DNA from: Candidatus Marinacidobacterales bacterium
GTDB taxonomy: Bacteria > Acidobacteriota > Vicinamibacteria > Marinacidobacterales > SMYC01
Reading direction: 5' to 3'
Assembly (NCBI GenBank): GCA_965224085.1
Contig: CBDCYI010000011.1
Location: forward strand, 1,568,001-1,632,000
Length of the DNA: 64,000 nt
Shown: positions 48,453 to 58,711 of the stretch, piece after piece
How positions within the stretch are numbered: position 1 is the first letter of the stretch
How the letters are laid out: every line of letters starts with the position of its first letter
Program-made: the position numbers and the translations under genes
The notes under the pieces: generated by a model
What the model was told of the DNA's origin: nothing
What the model saw: the letters and a program-made list of their open reading frames with translations, nothing else
Databases searched by the model: none

Positions 48453-50591
48453 ATGGAGAGCGGAGCGAAGCCACGAGCGGAACCCGTACTTAGTCTGGGA
48501 ACAGAAGTATATGACCGCTATCACGGCCTCACCCGCGAAGAGCTCATCGGCGCTTATCGATGGATGCTCCTCTCCCGAAAAGTCGACGATCGGGAGATTC
48601 AGCTCAAACGCCAAAACAAAGTCTTCTTTCAGATCAACGGTGTTGGCCATGAAGCTGTGCTCGTAGCCGCAGCCATGCATCTTCGGCCCGGCAAAGATTG
48701 GTATTTTCCTTACTACCGCGATCGCGCGCTATGTCTCGCGACGGGCGTGGCACCTGTCGAGCAGTTTCTCGCATCGGTCGCCGCTTTGGAAGATCCCGCC
48801 TCGGCCGGCCGCCAGATGCCATCCCATTGGAGCCATCCGAAGCTCAACATCGTGAGCCAGTCGAGCTGCGTGGCAACTCAGTTTCTCCACGCCACCGGCG
48901 CCGCGGTCGCCGGCCGCTACGCGAACCAAGGATCTTCTTCGGCAGGGAACGCTCCAGGTGAAATCGTCTACGTGTCCGGGGGCGACGGCTCGACGAGTGA
49001 AGGCGAGTTCTGGGAAGCGCTGAACAACGCGTGCCTCCAGAACCTTCCCGTGCTCTTCTTCATCGAAGACAACAGCTATGCGATCTCCGTACCCGTTGAA
49101 ACGCAAACGGCGGGCGGCAACATTTCGAGACTCGTACGGAGCTATCCCGGACTGTTCGTAACCGAGTTCGACGGCACGAGCTTCGTCGATAGCTACGGCC
49201 GGCTCCAAGATGCGGTTGCCTATCTTCGCGAGGGCCACGGACCGGTTCTCGCACACGCGCATGTCGTGCGCCCTTATTCGCACTCGCTATCGGATGACGA
49301 GAGGCTGTACAAGACCAAGAAAGAGCGCGACGACGAGGCGAAGCGCGACCCGCTCATCCGCATGAAAGACTTTCTCATCGCGGAGAATCTCGCGACGAAT
49401 GACCAGCTCCAGACCCTCGAAAAGAGCGTGCACGACGAAGTGACCGAAGCCGCCGACCAAGCGCTTTCGATGCGATGGCCCACCAAAGACAGCTGGCGCA
49501 AGCATCGCTACAGCGAGACCGTTGACCCGGGCTCGAGCGCCTTCTCCACCGAGCCGAGTTTTTCCGGCAAGGACGGCACCGTAGTGGACCTGCTTCACGC
49601 GTGCTTGCGGGACGAGATGGCGCGGGATCCGCGCATCGTCATCTTCGGCCAGGACGTTGCCGATGCGAGCCGCGAAGCTAATCTCGACGAAGTCAAAGGC
49701 AAAGGCGGGGTCTTCAAAGTCACCTTCGGCCTGCAGCGCGAGTTCGGCGGTGAACGCGTGTGGAACAGCACGCTGGCGGAAGCGAGCATCGCCGGCATGG
49801 CCGCCGGGGCCGCCATCCGCGGATTGAAACCGGTCGTCGAGATCCAGTTCTTCGACTATATCTGGCCTGCCTTCATGCAGATCCGAAATGAGATCGCGCC
49901 GATGCGTTGGCGCTCCGGTGGCACTTTCAGCTGCCCGCTCGTCATTCGCGTGCCCATCGGCGGCTATCTGACCGGAGGGGCAATTTATCATTCGCAATCA
50001 GGCGAGGTCTTGTTCGCACATATTCCGGGGCTGCGTGTCGTAATGCCTTCCAACGCCCTCGATGCGAACGGTCTTCTTCGAACGGCGATCCGCTGCGACG
50101 ACCCGGTTATCTTCCTCGAGCACAAGCACCTGTACCGCCAGACCCACAACAAGAGCCGCTATCCCGGCCCGGACTACATGATCCCGTTCGGCAAGGCACG
50201 CACGGTACTCGAAGGTGCGGATCTCACCATCGTGACTTTCGGAGCGCTCGTACGCCGCGCACAGGTCGCCGCACAAAAAGCACAAGCGGAAGGCGTCTCC
50301 GTCGAGATCCTCGATTTGCGCTCCCTGTCGCCCTATGACTGGGAAGCGATTGCGACCTCGGTCACGAAAACGAGCCGCGTCATCGTCGCTTACGAGGATG
50401 GGCGGACGTTCGGCTACGGCGCTGAAATCGCAGCCCGTATCTCGGAGGAGCTCTTCGACGAGCTCGACGCGCCCGTGCGGCGCGTGGCGGCGAAGGATTG
50501 CTGGGTCGCTTATAACCCCGACCTCGAAAACGCAATCCTCCCACAATCCGAAGACCTCTACGGCGCGATTATCGAGCTCGCGCGTTTCTAA
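48453..50591 (+). CDS. 2-oxoacid dehydrogenase E1, fused alpha/beta (branched-chain-like)
   Basis: [19 protein letters not shown] motif, HSLSDD and beta-part [11 protein letters not shown]. Confidence 0.93.
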   Translation: MESGAKPRAEPVLSLGTEVYDRYHGLTREELIGAYRWMLLSRKVDDREIQLKRQNKVFFQINGVGHEAVLVAAAMHLRPGKDWYFPYYRDRALCLATGVAPVEQFLASVAALEDPASAGRQMPSHWSHPKLNIVSQSSCVATQFLHATGAAVAGRYANQGSSSAGNAPGEIVYVSGGDGSTSEGEFWEALNNACLQNLPVLFFIEDNSYAISVPVETQTAGGNISRLVRSYPGLFVTEFDGTSFVDSYGRLQDAVAYLREGHGPVLAHAHVVRPYSHSLSDDERLYKTKKERDDEAKRDPLIRMKDFLIAENLATNDQLQTLEKSVHDEVTEAADQALSMRWPTKDSWRKHRYSETVDPGSSAFSTEPSFSGKDGTVVDLLHACLRDEMARDPRIVIFGQDVADASREANLDEVKGKGGVFKVTFGLQREFGGERVWNSTLAEASIAGMAAGAAIRGLKPVVEIQFFDYIWPAFMQIRNEIAPMRWRSGGTFSCPLVIRVPIGGYLTGGAIYHSQSGEVLFAHIPGLRVVMPSNALDANGLLRTAIRCDDPVIFLEHKHLYRQTHNKSRYPGPDYMIPFGKARTVLEGADLTIVTFGALVRRAQVAAQKAQAEGVSVEILDLRSLSPYDWEAIATSVTKTSRVIVAYEDGRTFGYGAEIAARISEELFDELDAPVRRVAAKDCWVAYNPDLENAILPQSEDLYGAIIELARF

Positions 50592-50609
50592 CGATTTACT
50601 AATTGCGAT

Positions 50610-51806
50610 ATGAGTACCGACGTCGAAACCCGTTTGCCGGAGAAAACAGCCGCCCTCACCGAGCTTTCGGCCGACGAAGAGCTCTTTCGGAGCATGGTGC
50701 GTGAGTTCGCCGAGAAAGAGATCGGGCCGCTCGTCCGGAAGATGGACCAGGACGCCAAGATCGATCCGGCCCTCCTACAGAAGTTCTTCGAGCTCGGCCT
50801 CATGGGTATCGAAATCCCCGAAAGCTACGGAGGCTCGGGCGCGAGCTTTTTCATGGCCGCACTCGCTGTCGAGGAAGTTTCCCGCGTCGACGCCTCGCTC
50901 GGGGTTTGTATCGACGTCCAAAACACGCTCGTCAACAACGCCGTCATGCGCTTTGGCAATGGCGAGCAGAAAAAACGCTACTTGCCTCGCCTTGCCCTGG
51001 ACACCATCGGCGCCTACGCTCTCTCGGAGCCCGATTCTGGAAGCGACGCTTTCGCGCTCACGTGCCGCGCCGTCGAGCACGACGATGGCGACGCGAAAGC
51101 GTACCGTCTGACCGGCACCAAACTCTGGATCACGAATGGAGCGGAGGCGGGACTTTTCATCGTCTTTGCAAGCGTAGACCTGAGCGCAGGCTACAAGGGC
51201 GTCACCGCCTTTCTCGTCGAGCGCGACTTCGAAGGCTTCACCGTCGGAAAAAAGGAAGACAAGCTCGGCATCCGCGCCTCGAGCACGACGGAGCTCGTCC
51301 TGGAAGACTGCGTCGTCCCGAAGTCGAATGTGCTCGGTGAAGTCGGCAAAGGCTACAAAATCGCCATCGAAACGCTGAACGAAGGCCGCATCGGGATCGG
51401 TGCTCAGATGATCGGGGTAGCGGCAGGAGCGCTCGAGCACGCGATGACCTATACGAAAGACCGCAAAGCGTTCGGGAAGTCCGTCGCCGAGTTTCAGGGC
51501 GTCCAGTTCCAGCACGCGCAATGCGCGACCGAGCTCGAAGCGGCGCGGCTTCTCGTCTATAACGCATCCCGGCTGCGCGACGCCAAGAAGCCCTACCTCG
51601 TCCAGGCGGCGATGGCCAAGCTCTTTTCATCGCAAGTCGCCGAGCGGGTGACCTCGCAAGCCATCGAGCACTATGGCGGCTACGGCTACAGCAAGGACTT
51701 CCCTGTCGAGAAATTTTGGCGCGACGCCAAGATCGGCACGATCTACGAGGGAACGTCCAACATGCAGCTCCAAACGATAGCAAAATATCTGCTCAAAGAC
51801 GGTTAG
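50610..51806 (+). CDS. Acyl-CoA dehydrogenase (short/branched-chain-like)
   Basis: ALSEPDSGSD, KLWITNG, KLGIRAS, LNEGRIG and IYEGTSN motifs. Confidence 0.94.
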   Translation: MSTDVETRLPEKTAALTELSADEELFRSMVREFAEKEIGPLVRKMDQDAKIDPALLQKFFELGLMGIEIPESYGGSGASFFMAALAVEEVSRVDASLGVCIDVQNTLVNNAVMRFGNGEQKKRYLPRLALDTIGAYALSEPDSGSDAFALTCRAVEHDDGDAKAYRLTGTKLWITNGAEAGLFIVFASVDLSAGYKGVTAFLVERDFEGFTVGKKEDKLGIRASSTTELVLEDCVVPKSNVLGEVGKGYKIAIETLNEGRIGIGAQMIGVAAGALEHAMTYTKDRKAFGKSVAEFQGVQFQHAQCATELEAARLLVYNASRLRDAKKPYLVQAAMAKLFSSQVAERVTSQAIEHYGGYGYSKDFPVEKFWRDAKIGTIYEGTSNMQLQTIAKYLLKDG

Positions 51807-51836
51807 AATCCCTCTCCTAGATTCGCAGATTCACGG

Positions 51837-51998
51837 ATTCGTCTTGCGACTCTGAGCGCTCTTTTTCTCGCCCTTGTCACGCTTCCGTCATCGTGGTCGT
51901 TCACGAGCGACGTTCAACAACCGCGACACGACGCGGCGGCAGCGGCGGAGCTTCTCGACGAGCTCGGCTGGCGCGACCGCACTGGGTCTGATTGCTGA
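51837..51998 (+). pseudogene. Possible remnant of a peptide-ABC substrate-binding protein gene
   Basis: Open frame IRLATLSALFLALVTLP...HDAAAAAELLDELGWRDRTG: a signal-like segment joined to a family-5 SBP-like motif; no ATG start. Confidence 0.35.
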
Positions 51999-52017
51999 AT
52001 GCTGTAATGTAGGCGTT

Positions 52018-52506
52018 GTGACAATAATACTAGAAACAGAACGACTCTTCCTTCGAGAGCTATTGCTCAACGACGTCGAGCCATTGACGGCTCTCTTATC
52101 GAGCCCCGAGGTCACACGCTTCACCGGCGGGCCGCGCGATGCGAACGCCGTGCGGCGTTTCGTACAGGCCCAGCAAGAAAGCTATCGCGAGCATCGCTAC
52201 GGCTGCTGGGCCGTCGTGCATCGGGATTCTGGAACCCTCGTGGGACAAGCCGGTATCACATCGGCGTCGAGCCCAACGCTCGGATGTGAGCTCGACGCTG
52301 CCTACTGGGGACACGGCCTCGGGAAAGAAGTCGCGGCGGCCCTTCGGGACTATGCCTTCGATCAGCTGAGCCTCGACCGCATCGCCGCCTCGGTGGATCG
52401 CAAAGACAAAGCCGGACGCAAGCTCGCCGAAGCCATCGGGATGGAGCTTCTGAGCGACGACGACCCTCTCGTCATCGTTTATGGGATCCGCAAGGAGCAG
52501 AAGTGA
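52018..52506 (+). CDS. GNAT acetyltransferase (RimJ/RimL-like)
   Basis: ILETERLFLR and YWGHGLGKEVA motifs; start GTG 52018. Confidence 0.88.
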   Translation: MTIILETERLFLRELLLNDVEPLTALLSSPEVTRFTGGPRDANAVRRFVQAQQESYREHRYGCWAVVHRDSGTLVGQAGITSASSPTLGCELDAAYWGHGLGKEVAAALRDYAFDQLSLDRIAASVDRKDKAGRKLAEAIGMELLSDDDPLVIVYGIRKEQK

Positions 52507-53933
52507 AGAGCTATCATATGACGGCGGACGAATTTCGCCGCTGCGGCCACGAGCTCGTCGACTGGATCGCAGATTACCGCAGCCGCGTCGAAGACCTTCC
52601 CGTGCTCTCGCTATCGAAGCCGGGCGAGCTCAGAGCAGCGCTTCCGGAGCATGCCCCCGACAAAGGCGAATCTTTCGATGACATCCTCGCCGATATCGAT
52701 CGCTTGATCGTTCCCGGAATCACCCATTGGCAATCGCCCAATTTCTTCGCCTATTTCCCTTCCAACTCATCGGAGCCCGGGGTCCTCGGCGACCTCCTCT
52801 CGGCGGGACTGGGCGTACAAGGGATGATCTGGGCAACGAGCCCCGCATGCACCGAGCTCGAGACCCACGTCCTCGACTGGCTCGTCGAGATGCTCGGGCT
52901 TCCGGATTTCTTCAAATCCTCGAGCACGGGCGGCGGTGTTATCCAAGATACAGCGTCGAGCTCGGCCTTGTGCGCTCTTTTAGCCGCGCGTGAGCGCGCC
53001 AGCAACCTCGCGACCAACCGCGTCGGGATCCGAGGAACGATGGTCGCCTATACATCCACGCAAACCCATTCGTCGATCGAGAAAGCCGCGAAGATCGCAG
53101 GGATCGGCTCGGAAAACCTCCGGCTCATCGAAGTGGACGAGGCCTTCGCGATGCAACCCGAAGCGCTCGCACAGCAGATCGCCGCCGACCGCAACGAGGG
53201 GCTCACGCCTTTCTTCGTTTGCGCCACCATCGGGACGACATCGTCGAACGCGATAGACCCGCTTCCTGCAATTGGCCGTATTTGCCGCGCAGAAGACCTC
53301 TGGCTGCATGTCGACGCGGCGATGTCCGGCCCCGCCGCGCTCTCACCAGAATACCGCTTCATCCATGAAGGAATCGAGCACACCGATAGCTATTGCTTCA
53401 ACCCCCATAAATGGATGTTCACAACCTTCGATTGTGACTGTTTCTACGTGAAGAGCCGCAAGGATCTCATCGACACACTGAGCATTCTTCCCGAATATCT
53501 TCGCAACGAAGCCACCGAGTCCGGTGCGGTCATCGACTACCGTGATTGGCACATCCCGCTCGGGCGCCGCTTCCGCGCTCTCAAGCTGTGGTTCGTCATT
53601 CGCCATTACGGCATCGAAGGCCTGAGACACCACGTCTCGCGACACATCGAGCTAGCGCAGCAGTTCGCGAGCTGGATCGAAGCCGATGAGCGATTCGAGC
53701 TCGCCGCACCAGCGCCTTTGAACCTCGTGTGTTTTCGCCATCTGGGCGGCGACGCCGTGAACGAAGCTCTCATGAACCGCTTGAACGGGAGCGGCAAAGT
53801 CTACCTGACCCACACCAAGCTCGACGCTCGCTTCGCTCTCCGCATGGCCATTGGACAGACGATGACCGAAGAGCGCCACGTCCGCGCCGCCTGGAATTTG
53901 ATCCGCGAGTTCGCGCCGCCCAAGCCGGTCTAG
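52503..53933 (+). CDS. PLP-dependent aromatic-L-amino-acid decarboxylase (DDC/TDC family)
   Basis: HWQSPNFFAYFP, SPACTELE, HVDAA, NPHKW and DWHIPLGRRFRALKLWFV motifs. Confidence 0.93.
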   Translation: MKSYHMTADEFRRCGHELVDWIADYRSRVEDLPVLSLSKPGELRAALPEHAPDKGESFDDILADIDRLIVPGITHWQSPNFFAYFPSNSSEPGVLGDLLSAGLGVQGMIWATSPACTELETHVLDWLVEMLGLPDFFKSSSTGGGVIQDTASSSALCALLAARERASNLATNRVGIRGTMVAYTSTQTHSSIEKAAKIAGIGSENLRLIEVDEAFAMQPEALAQQIAADRNEGLTPFFVCATIGTTSSNAIDPLPAIGRICRAEDLWLHVDAAMSGPAALSPEYRFIHEGIEHTDSYCFNPHKWMFTTFDCDCFYVKSRKDLIDTLSILPEYLRNEATESGAVIDYRDWHIPLGRRFRALKLWFVIRHYGIEGLRHHVSRHIELAQQFASWIEADERFELAAPAPLNLVCFRHLGGDAVNEALMNRLNGSGKVYLTHTKLDARFALRMAIGQTMTEERHVRAAWNLIREFAPPKPV

Positions 53934-54075
53934 TTTTGGCTCGAAGGCGTTGGATTGCCGATATCGAGGACGACCTTCCACTCACCATCGGTGTTGCGGC
54001 GGAAAATCGTCACGTAGCGGCCCGTTTCGACCACCGTGTTACCTTCGGATCGACGCGTTCACGCCGATAGTTCAT
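53930..54075 (-). pseudogene. Truncated, frameshifted NTF2-like (DUF4440/YybH) fragment
   Basis: NYRRERVD(P) / EGNTVVETGRYVTIFRRNTDGEWKVVLDIGNP, with a 1-bp shift near 54047; only the C-terminal half of the fold is present. Confidence 0.65.
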
Positions 54076-54620
54076 AAGAGTCCCTCGAGTTGGAACAGCC
54101 AAAAGAAACCAACAACGACGAGCGCGTGCGAGATGCGTCCCTCACGCAGAAGACGCGGGACCTCCTCGCGCGGATAACAGACGACTTCGATGTCCTCGGT
54201 CTCGTCGGGCCGAGGCGGCCCCGCGAGATACGCGTCTTTGGCGAGATAGGTAAAGCACCGATTGCCCTGCAGCGCGGGGTTCGGATGGACGACACCGAGC
54301 TCCACGAGCTCGGGAGACGTATAGCCCGTCTCCTCCATAAGCTCGCGCAGCCCCGCGGCCATCGGAGACGCGTCGCCTGGATCGATCATGCCGCCTGGGA
54401 TCTCAAGGCTCGTTTCATCGGACCCGTGCCGGTGCAGCTCTATGAAAACGATCTCGTCATCCGGTGTCAGCGGGATCACATTGACCCAGTCCACGGAGTC
54501 GATGACGTAGAAGTCGTGAGAGGTTGCCGAGCCGCGGCGTTGTTTGCGGTCCCGGCGTAGCGAGAACACCGGCGTCTCGAAAACGATCTCGCGCGCGGAG
54601 GTACGCCAATTCTTCCTCAA
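54072..54620 (-). CDS. NUDIX hydrolase (ADP-ribose pyrophosphatase-like)
   Basis: Nudix box GGMIDPGD....AGLRELMEETG; PNPA motif. Confidence 0.92.
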   Translation of the reverse strand: MRKNWRTSAREIVFETPVFSLRRDRKQRRGSATSHDFYVIDSVDWVNVIPLTPDDEIVFIELHRHGSDETSLEIPGGMIDPGDASPMAAGLRELMEETGYTSPELVELGVVHPNPALQGNRCFTYLAKDAYLAGPPRPDETEDIEVVCYPREEVPRLLREGRISHALVVVGFFWLFQLEGLL

Positions 54621-54623
54621 GAT

Positions 54624-57521
54624 TCAAGAGCCGAGGCGCGACCTGGCGTCCCCGACCATCTCGAGCTTCCAATCGGCCGCGCCCCAGAGGTCGAGGAATC
54701 TCCGGAGCAGTCGCCGCCCTTCCTCCGCTCGTCCCTGTTCTAGCTCGAGAACACCGAGACGGTAGAGCGTGCTCGCGTAGATGACCGGATGGTCCAGCCG
54801 CTCGGCGCCGCTCGAAAGAATAGTTAGAAACGTCTCCTTGGCCCGCCGGGTGTCCCCGCTCGCGAGATAGCTGCGCGCAAGCCCGTCACGAATCGCGGCG
54901 CCTGCGCTCGAGCACGTCGAAGCCCAATCGAGCATGAGCGAGGCGGACGTGGCGCGCTCGAAACTCAATATTGCGTGCTCCACATCCCCGGAGTAAAGCG
55001 CAAGCTCTCCCGACAGCGCCTCGTGATAAACGCGCGCCGAAGTGCTCGACTCGGTGGCGGGAAGATCCGCGAGCGTTTCGAGGTAGCGGGCCGCGGCCTC
55101 GACATCGTCGTCGAACTGCGCCATCCGTCCTGCCATGTAGAGGCCGCGAAAGCTTTCGGGCTGCATGGAGAGCGCCCGCTCGACCTCGATACGAGCTGCG
55201 CCGCTTTCACCGTTCAAGTAGTAGAGCTCGGCCATGCCATGAAGCGCGCTCGCGGGAACCCCCCCGCTTCCACCTTCATGCGTTCTGAGACCGCTCGCCA
55301 TGCCCGCTTGTCGAAGAAAATCCACGGCGCTTTCGAATTCGCCCACGTAAGCGTGAAAGACGCCACGGTTGCGCAGAGCCCAGGCACGTAAGTGATCGGA
55401 ACGCCACTCGTCGGGATTTTGCTCGACGAATCGGCGCGCGATATCCCAGCGCGACGCCATAATGGCAGCGGAAGACTGAAAGAGCGGCCCTTCGATCCAC
55501 GAGAAAACTTGATCGAAGCCGAGCGCTTCTTCCGGCTGGCCTTCGAGCGTCGCTAGGATAGCTCGAAGACCCATGACTTTGTCTGGACGGCTCGACTCCC
55601 ACTCCGCCATTCGCTCACGCGCGCTCTCCGGCTCTCCCCGAAAGGCGTAGCTCAAGGCGAGGCGGTCATAGACCTGGTGAAAGGATGGGTCGAGCGCAAG
55701 GAGCCGCTCCATGTGCTCGATCGCGAGATCGGTATCGCCGTCGCGTAGCGAGTGGACATAAATCTGGCTGAGAATGTAGAGCGCCTCTTTCTGCTCCGCG
55801 TCGCGGGCGAGCACGTTCTCGAGAAGGGGTATCGCCTGCGCGAAGGCACCGTCCTGATAGAGCGCATTGGCCTCGATGATCCCGCGCAGATGCGCTGGCG
55901 CTTGCTCGACGAGCGCCGAGGCGCGCCGCGCCGCTTGATGCGCCAATGGGCCGTCAGAGAGCCAGCGCGCCGTCATGCTCAGGCGATGGTGCGCGAGCGC
56001 GAATCCAGGATCGACTCGCACCGCCTCTGAGAACGATTCGACCGCGTCGTCGAGCTCCGAAGCGTGCAGATAGAGCTCCCCCTCGACATATCGTCGATAG
56101 GCTTCGATCGACGTTGGCTCGGTTGTGTCCCACACGCGCTCGTGAGCAGTTTCACCGAGCTGGGCCCGCACTTGCTCTCCGAGTGAGTCCGCGAGCACGA
56201 AGATATCCTCGGCGCTCGCCCCACTCGCCCGTTGAGAGGCGAGAGATCGTCCCGAGGCTACGTCGACGAGCTCTGTTGTCGCGACCATTCGGCCACCGGC
56301 CGAAACGAGCTGTCCCACGACCATGGTGCGAACGCCAGCCGCTTCGGCCACGGAGGTTGCTACGGAGCGATCGACGTCGATCAGTTTGCTAGCCTGACCC
56401 CGAAGACTCGCGGCAACATCGTGAATGCGCTGGCGGCTCACGACATGGAGCTCTTCGAACGACGAGAGCTCGCTCGTCAACAGATGCGTCAGCATGCGTC
56501 CGAGCTGCTGGCCATCCTCCGGGTCCGACAGGTTGTCGAAGTACATGACGGCGACCGCGTCCGTTTCAGGTGGCGACACTCCGCTCGGAACGAGGAAGAA
56601 GAGTGCGGTGGCCACCAAGACTCCGACGGCTGCCAACCACATCGGTTTCTTCCTACGAATAGGAGCCGTAGCGAGTGATTTCGAGCGAGCGTCATCTCTG
56701 AGCGCCGCTTCGAGTTCGCCCATGCTTTGGTAGCGTTCGTTCGGATCTTTGCGAAGACACCTCGCGACCACGCGCGCAAGCTCAGCGGATACATCGCCCT
56801 TTATCCCGTCGAGAGGCGTGGGCTCGTCGTGGAGGAGCCGATCGAGAAGCTGGGTCGCGGTCATCCCCGAGAACGGCGGCTTGCCCGCGAGCATCTCGTA
56901 CAGAAGGCAGCCAAACGAGAACACGTCACTTCTTGCATCGACGTGCTGTCCCAATGCCTGCTCGGGCGCCATATAGGCCATCGTCCCCACGATCATCCCG
57001 GCTTGGGTCAGCCGCAGCATCGTTTCCGTCTCGGGCTCCACCGATGAAACGATCGTTTTCGCGAGACCGAAGTCCAGGATTTTGGGAATGCCGAGATGCG
57101 AGAGAACGAGGTTCGCCGGCTTTAAGTCCCGATGCAAGATGCCGCGCTCGTGCGCATAGGCAAGCGCACCCGCCAAAGGAAGGGCGAGCTCGAGAACATG
57201 CTCTGGCCTAAGGCACCCCTCGCGTTCGAGGATGCGTTCGAGCGTCTCGCCGTCGACGAACTCGAACGCGATGTAGTGGAGACCGTCGGCCTCGCCGATC
57301 TCGTGAATCGTAGTGATATTGGGATGGTTCAGCGCCGAACAGGATCGTGCTTCGGAAACGAAACGCTCGCGAAATTCCGGCTGGCGCGCGAGCTCGGGCG
57401 AGAGTACTTTGAGCGCGACGTCGCGCGACAAGCGCGGGTCATGCGCCAAGTAAACCGAGCCCATTGCTCCGCGTCCCAGCAAACGTTTCATCTGGTAAAC
57501 GCCGAGGATGTCTTCGTCCAT
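54624..57521 (-). CDS. Hanks-type Ser/Thr kinase with TM, TolB/FlgO-like domain and TPR repeats
   Basis: GRGAMG, VALK, HRDLKPAN, DFG and APE; hydrophobic helix; VAVMYFDNLS; TPR-like helices. Confidence 0.93.
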   Translation of the reverse strand: MDEDILGVYQMKRLLGRGAMGSVYLAHDPRLSRDVALKVLSPELARQPEFRERFVSEARSCSALNHPNITTIHEIGEADGLHYIAFEFVDGETLERILEREGCLRPEHVLELALPLAGALAYAHERGILHRDLKPANLVLSHLGIPKILDFGLAKTIVSSVEPETETMLRLTQAGMIVGTMAYMAPEQALGQHVDARSDVFSFGCLLYEMLAGKPPFSGMTATQLLDRLLHDEPTPLDGIKGDVSAELARVVARCLRKDPNERYQSMGELEAALRDDARSKSLATAPIRRKKPMWLAAVGVLVATALFFLVPSGVSPPETDAVAVMYFDNLSDPEDGQQLGRMLTHLLTSELSSFEELHVVSRQRIHDVAASLRGQASKLIDVDRSVATSVAEAAGVRTMVVGQLVSAGGRMVATTELVDVASGRSLASQRASGASAEDIFVLADSLGEQVRAQLGETAHERVWDTTEPTSIEAYRRYVEGELYLHASELDDAVESFSEAVRVDPGFALAHHRLSMTARWLSDGPLAHQAARRASALVEQAPAHLRGIIEANALYQDGAFAQAIPLLENVLARDAEQKEALYILSQIYVHSLRDGDTDLAIEHMERLLALDPSFHQVYDRLALSYAFRGEPESARERMAEWESSRPDKVMGLRAILATLEGQPEEALGFDQVFSWIEGPLFQSSAAIMASRWDIARRFVEQNPDEWRSDHLRAWALRNRGVFHAYVGEFESAVDFLRQAGMASGLRTHEGGSGGVPASALHGMAELYYLNGESGAARIEVERALSMQPESFRGLYMAGRMAQFDDDVEAAARYLETLADLPATESSTSARVYHEALSGELALYSGDVEHAILSFERATSASLMLDWASTCSSAGAAIRDGLARSYLASGDTRRAKETFLTILSSGAERLDHPVIYASTLYRLGVLELEQGRAEEGRRLLRRFLDLWGAADWKLEMVGDARSRLGS

Positions 57522-57643
57522 CGCCCCTCCGAGCCGACCTACCTTTTTGAGATCCTAACATCAAGACACGTGAACGGCTATAACGTATAAAATGCTCAGC
57601 CCATGAGACAGATCGCCGGTATGGGCTACGACGCGCTAGAGTG

Positions 57644-58606
57644 ATGACTCTCGCACCGAATCGACAGGACATCGACGAGGCGCGCACGCGCATCGATGGG
57701 CTCGTGCACCGAACGCCGCTCCTGTCTTCCCGCGCTCTCGGCGTGCGATCCGGGCTCGAGGTGTTCGTGAAAGCCGAGAATCTGCAGAAGACCGGTAGCT
57801 TCAAGCCGCGCGGCGCGTTCAACAAGGTTTTGAGTCTCACGGCGGACGAGCGCGCCAAAGGGATCATCACCGCGTCCGCGGGGAATAACGGCCAAGCCGT
57901 GGCTTTCGTGGCTGCTCACCAACGCGTTCCCGGCTGGGTCGTCATGCCCGAGGCGGCCAACCGCAGCAAGGTCGCCGCCGTCCGGGAATATGGCGCCGAG
58001 GCCGTTCTTCATGGCGCCGTTTGGGACGACGCTTATGCCCGCTCCGTCGAGATCGCCAGAGAGCAAGGCCTCAGCTACGTTCACCCCTTCAAGGACCGGC
58101 ACATCATGGCAGGACAAGCGACGATCGCGCTCGAGATCCTCGAAGACTTGCCCGATGTGGAAGCCGTGCTCGCACCGATCGGAGGCGGCGGTCTCATCGT
58201 GGGTATGGCAAGTGCCTTCAAGCTGATCGCACCAAACGTAAACGTGATAGGCGTCGAGCCGGAAGGTGCGGCGAATATGGCGAAAAGCCGGGAAGCGGGC
58301 AGACCGGTGGAACTCGACGCGGTCGAGACGATCGCCGACGGCCTCGCGACAAAAAAAACCGACCCCGAAGTGTGGGAGGCCATCGCACCGAACGTGGAGA
58401 CCTTCGTGACGGTCAGCGATGAAGAGATGCTGACTGCCATCCGGTTTCTGCTCGAGCGCGCCAAGCTTCTCACCGAAGTATCCGGAGCCGCCACAACGGC
58501 CGCTCTTTTGTCCGGCAAGTTGAATCTACCCGCGGGAACCAAGACTGTCGCCGTACTCTCCGGAGGGAATTTCGACGTCTCGGGCAAGCTCGAGCTTCGA
58601 GCTTGA
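57644..58606 (+). CDS. PLP-dependent threonine/serine dehydratase (serine racemase-like, no regulatory domain)
   Basis: KAENLQKTGSFK.RGA, SAGN, GGGGL and LSGGN motifs. Confidence 0.9.
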   Translation: MTLAPNRQDIDEARTRIDGLVHRTPLLSSRALGVRSGLEVFVKAENLQKTGSFKPRGAFNKVLSLTADERAKGIITASAGNNGQAVAFVAAHQRVPGWVVMPEAANRSKVAAVREYGAEAVLHGAVWDDAYARSVEIAREQGLSYVHPFKDRHIMAGQATIALEILEDLPDVEAVLAPIGGGGLIVGMASAFKLIAPNVNVIGVEPEGAANMAKSREAGRPVELDAVETIADGLATKKTDPEVWEAIAPNVETFVTVSDEEMLTAIRFLLERAKLLTEVSGAATTAALLSGKLNLPAGTKTVAVLSGGNFDVSGKLELRA

Positions 58607-58676
58607 AACAACGGACGCCCCTCATCGACCGGGTCGTCTCCGCGCGTAGCGTGATAGTGGCGTCATCGAAGCTCCC

Positions 58677-58705
58677 TTGACCCACACCGATTTTCGCGTT
58701 AGATC
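58677..58705 (+). promoter_or_regulatory. Sigma70 promoter of the PaaK-like gene (leaderless)
   Basis: TTGACC-N17-TAGATC, 6 nt before ATG 58712. Confidence 0.5.
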
Positions 58706-58711
58706 AGCGCG

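Noticed and set aside
48453-50591. Fused E1 alpha/beta as a novelty
   Set aside because: This fusion is well known in several bacterial phyla.
54072-57521. Kinase-NUDIX pair as an anti-phage or toxin system
   Set aside because: Both belong to common families in this type of genome, and there is no defence-island context or compositional anomaly.
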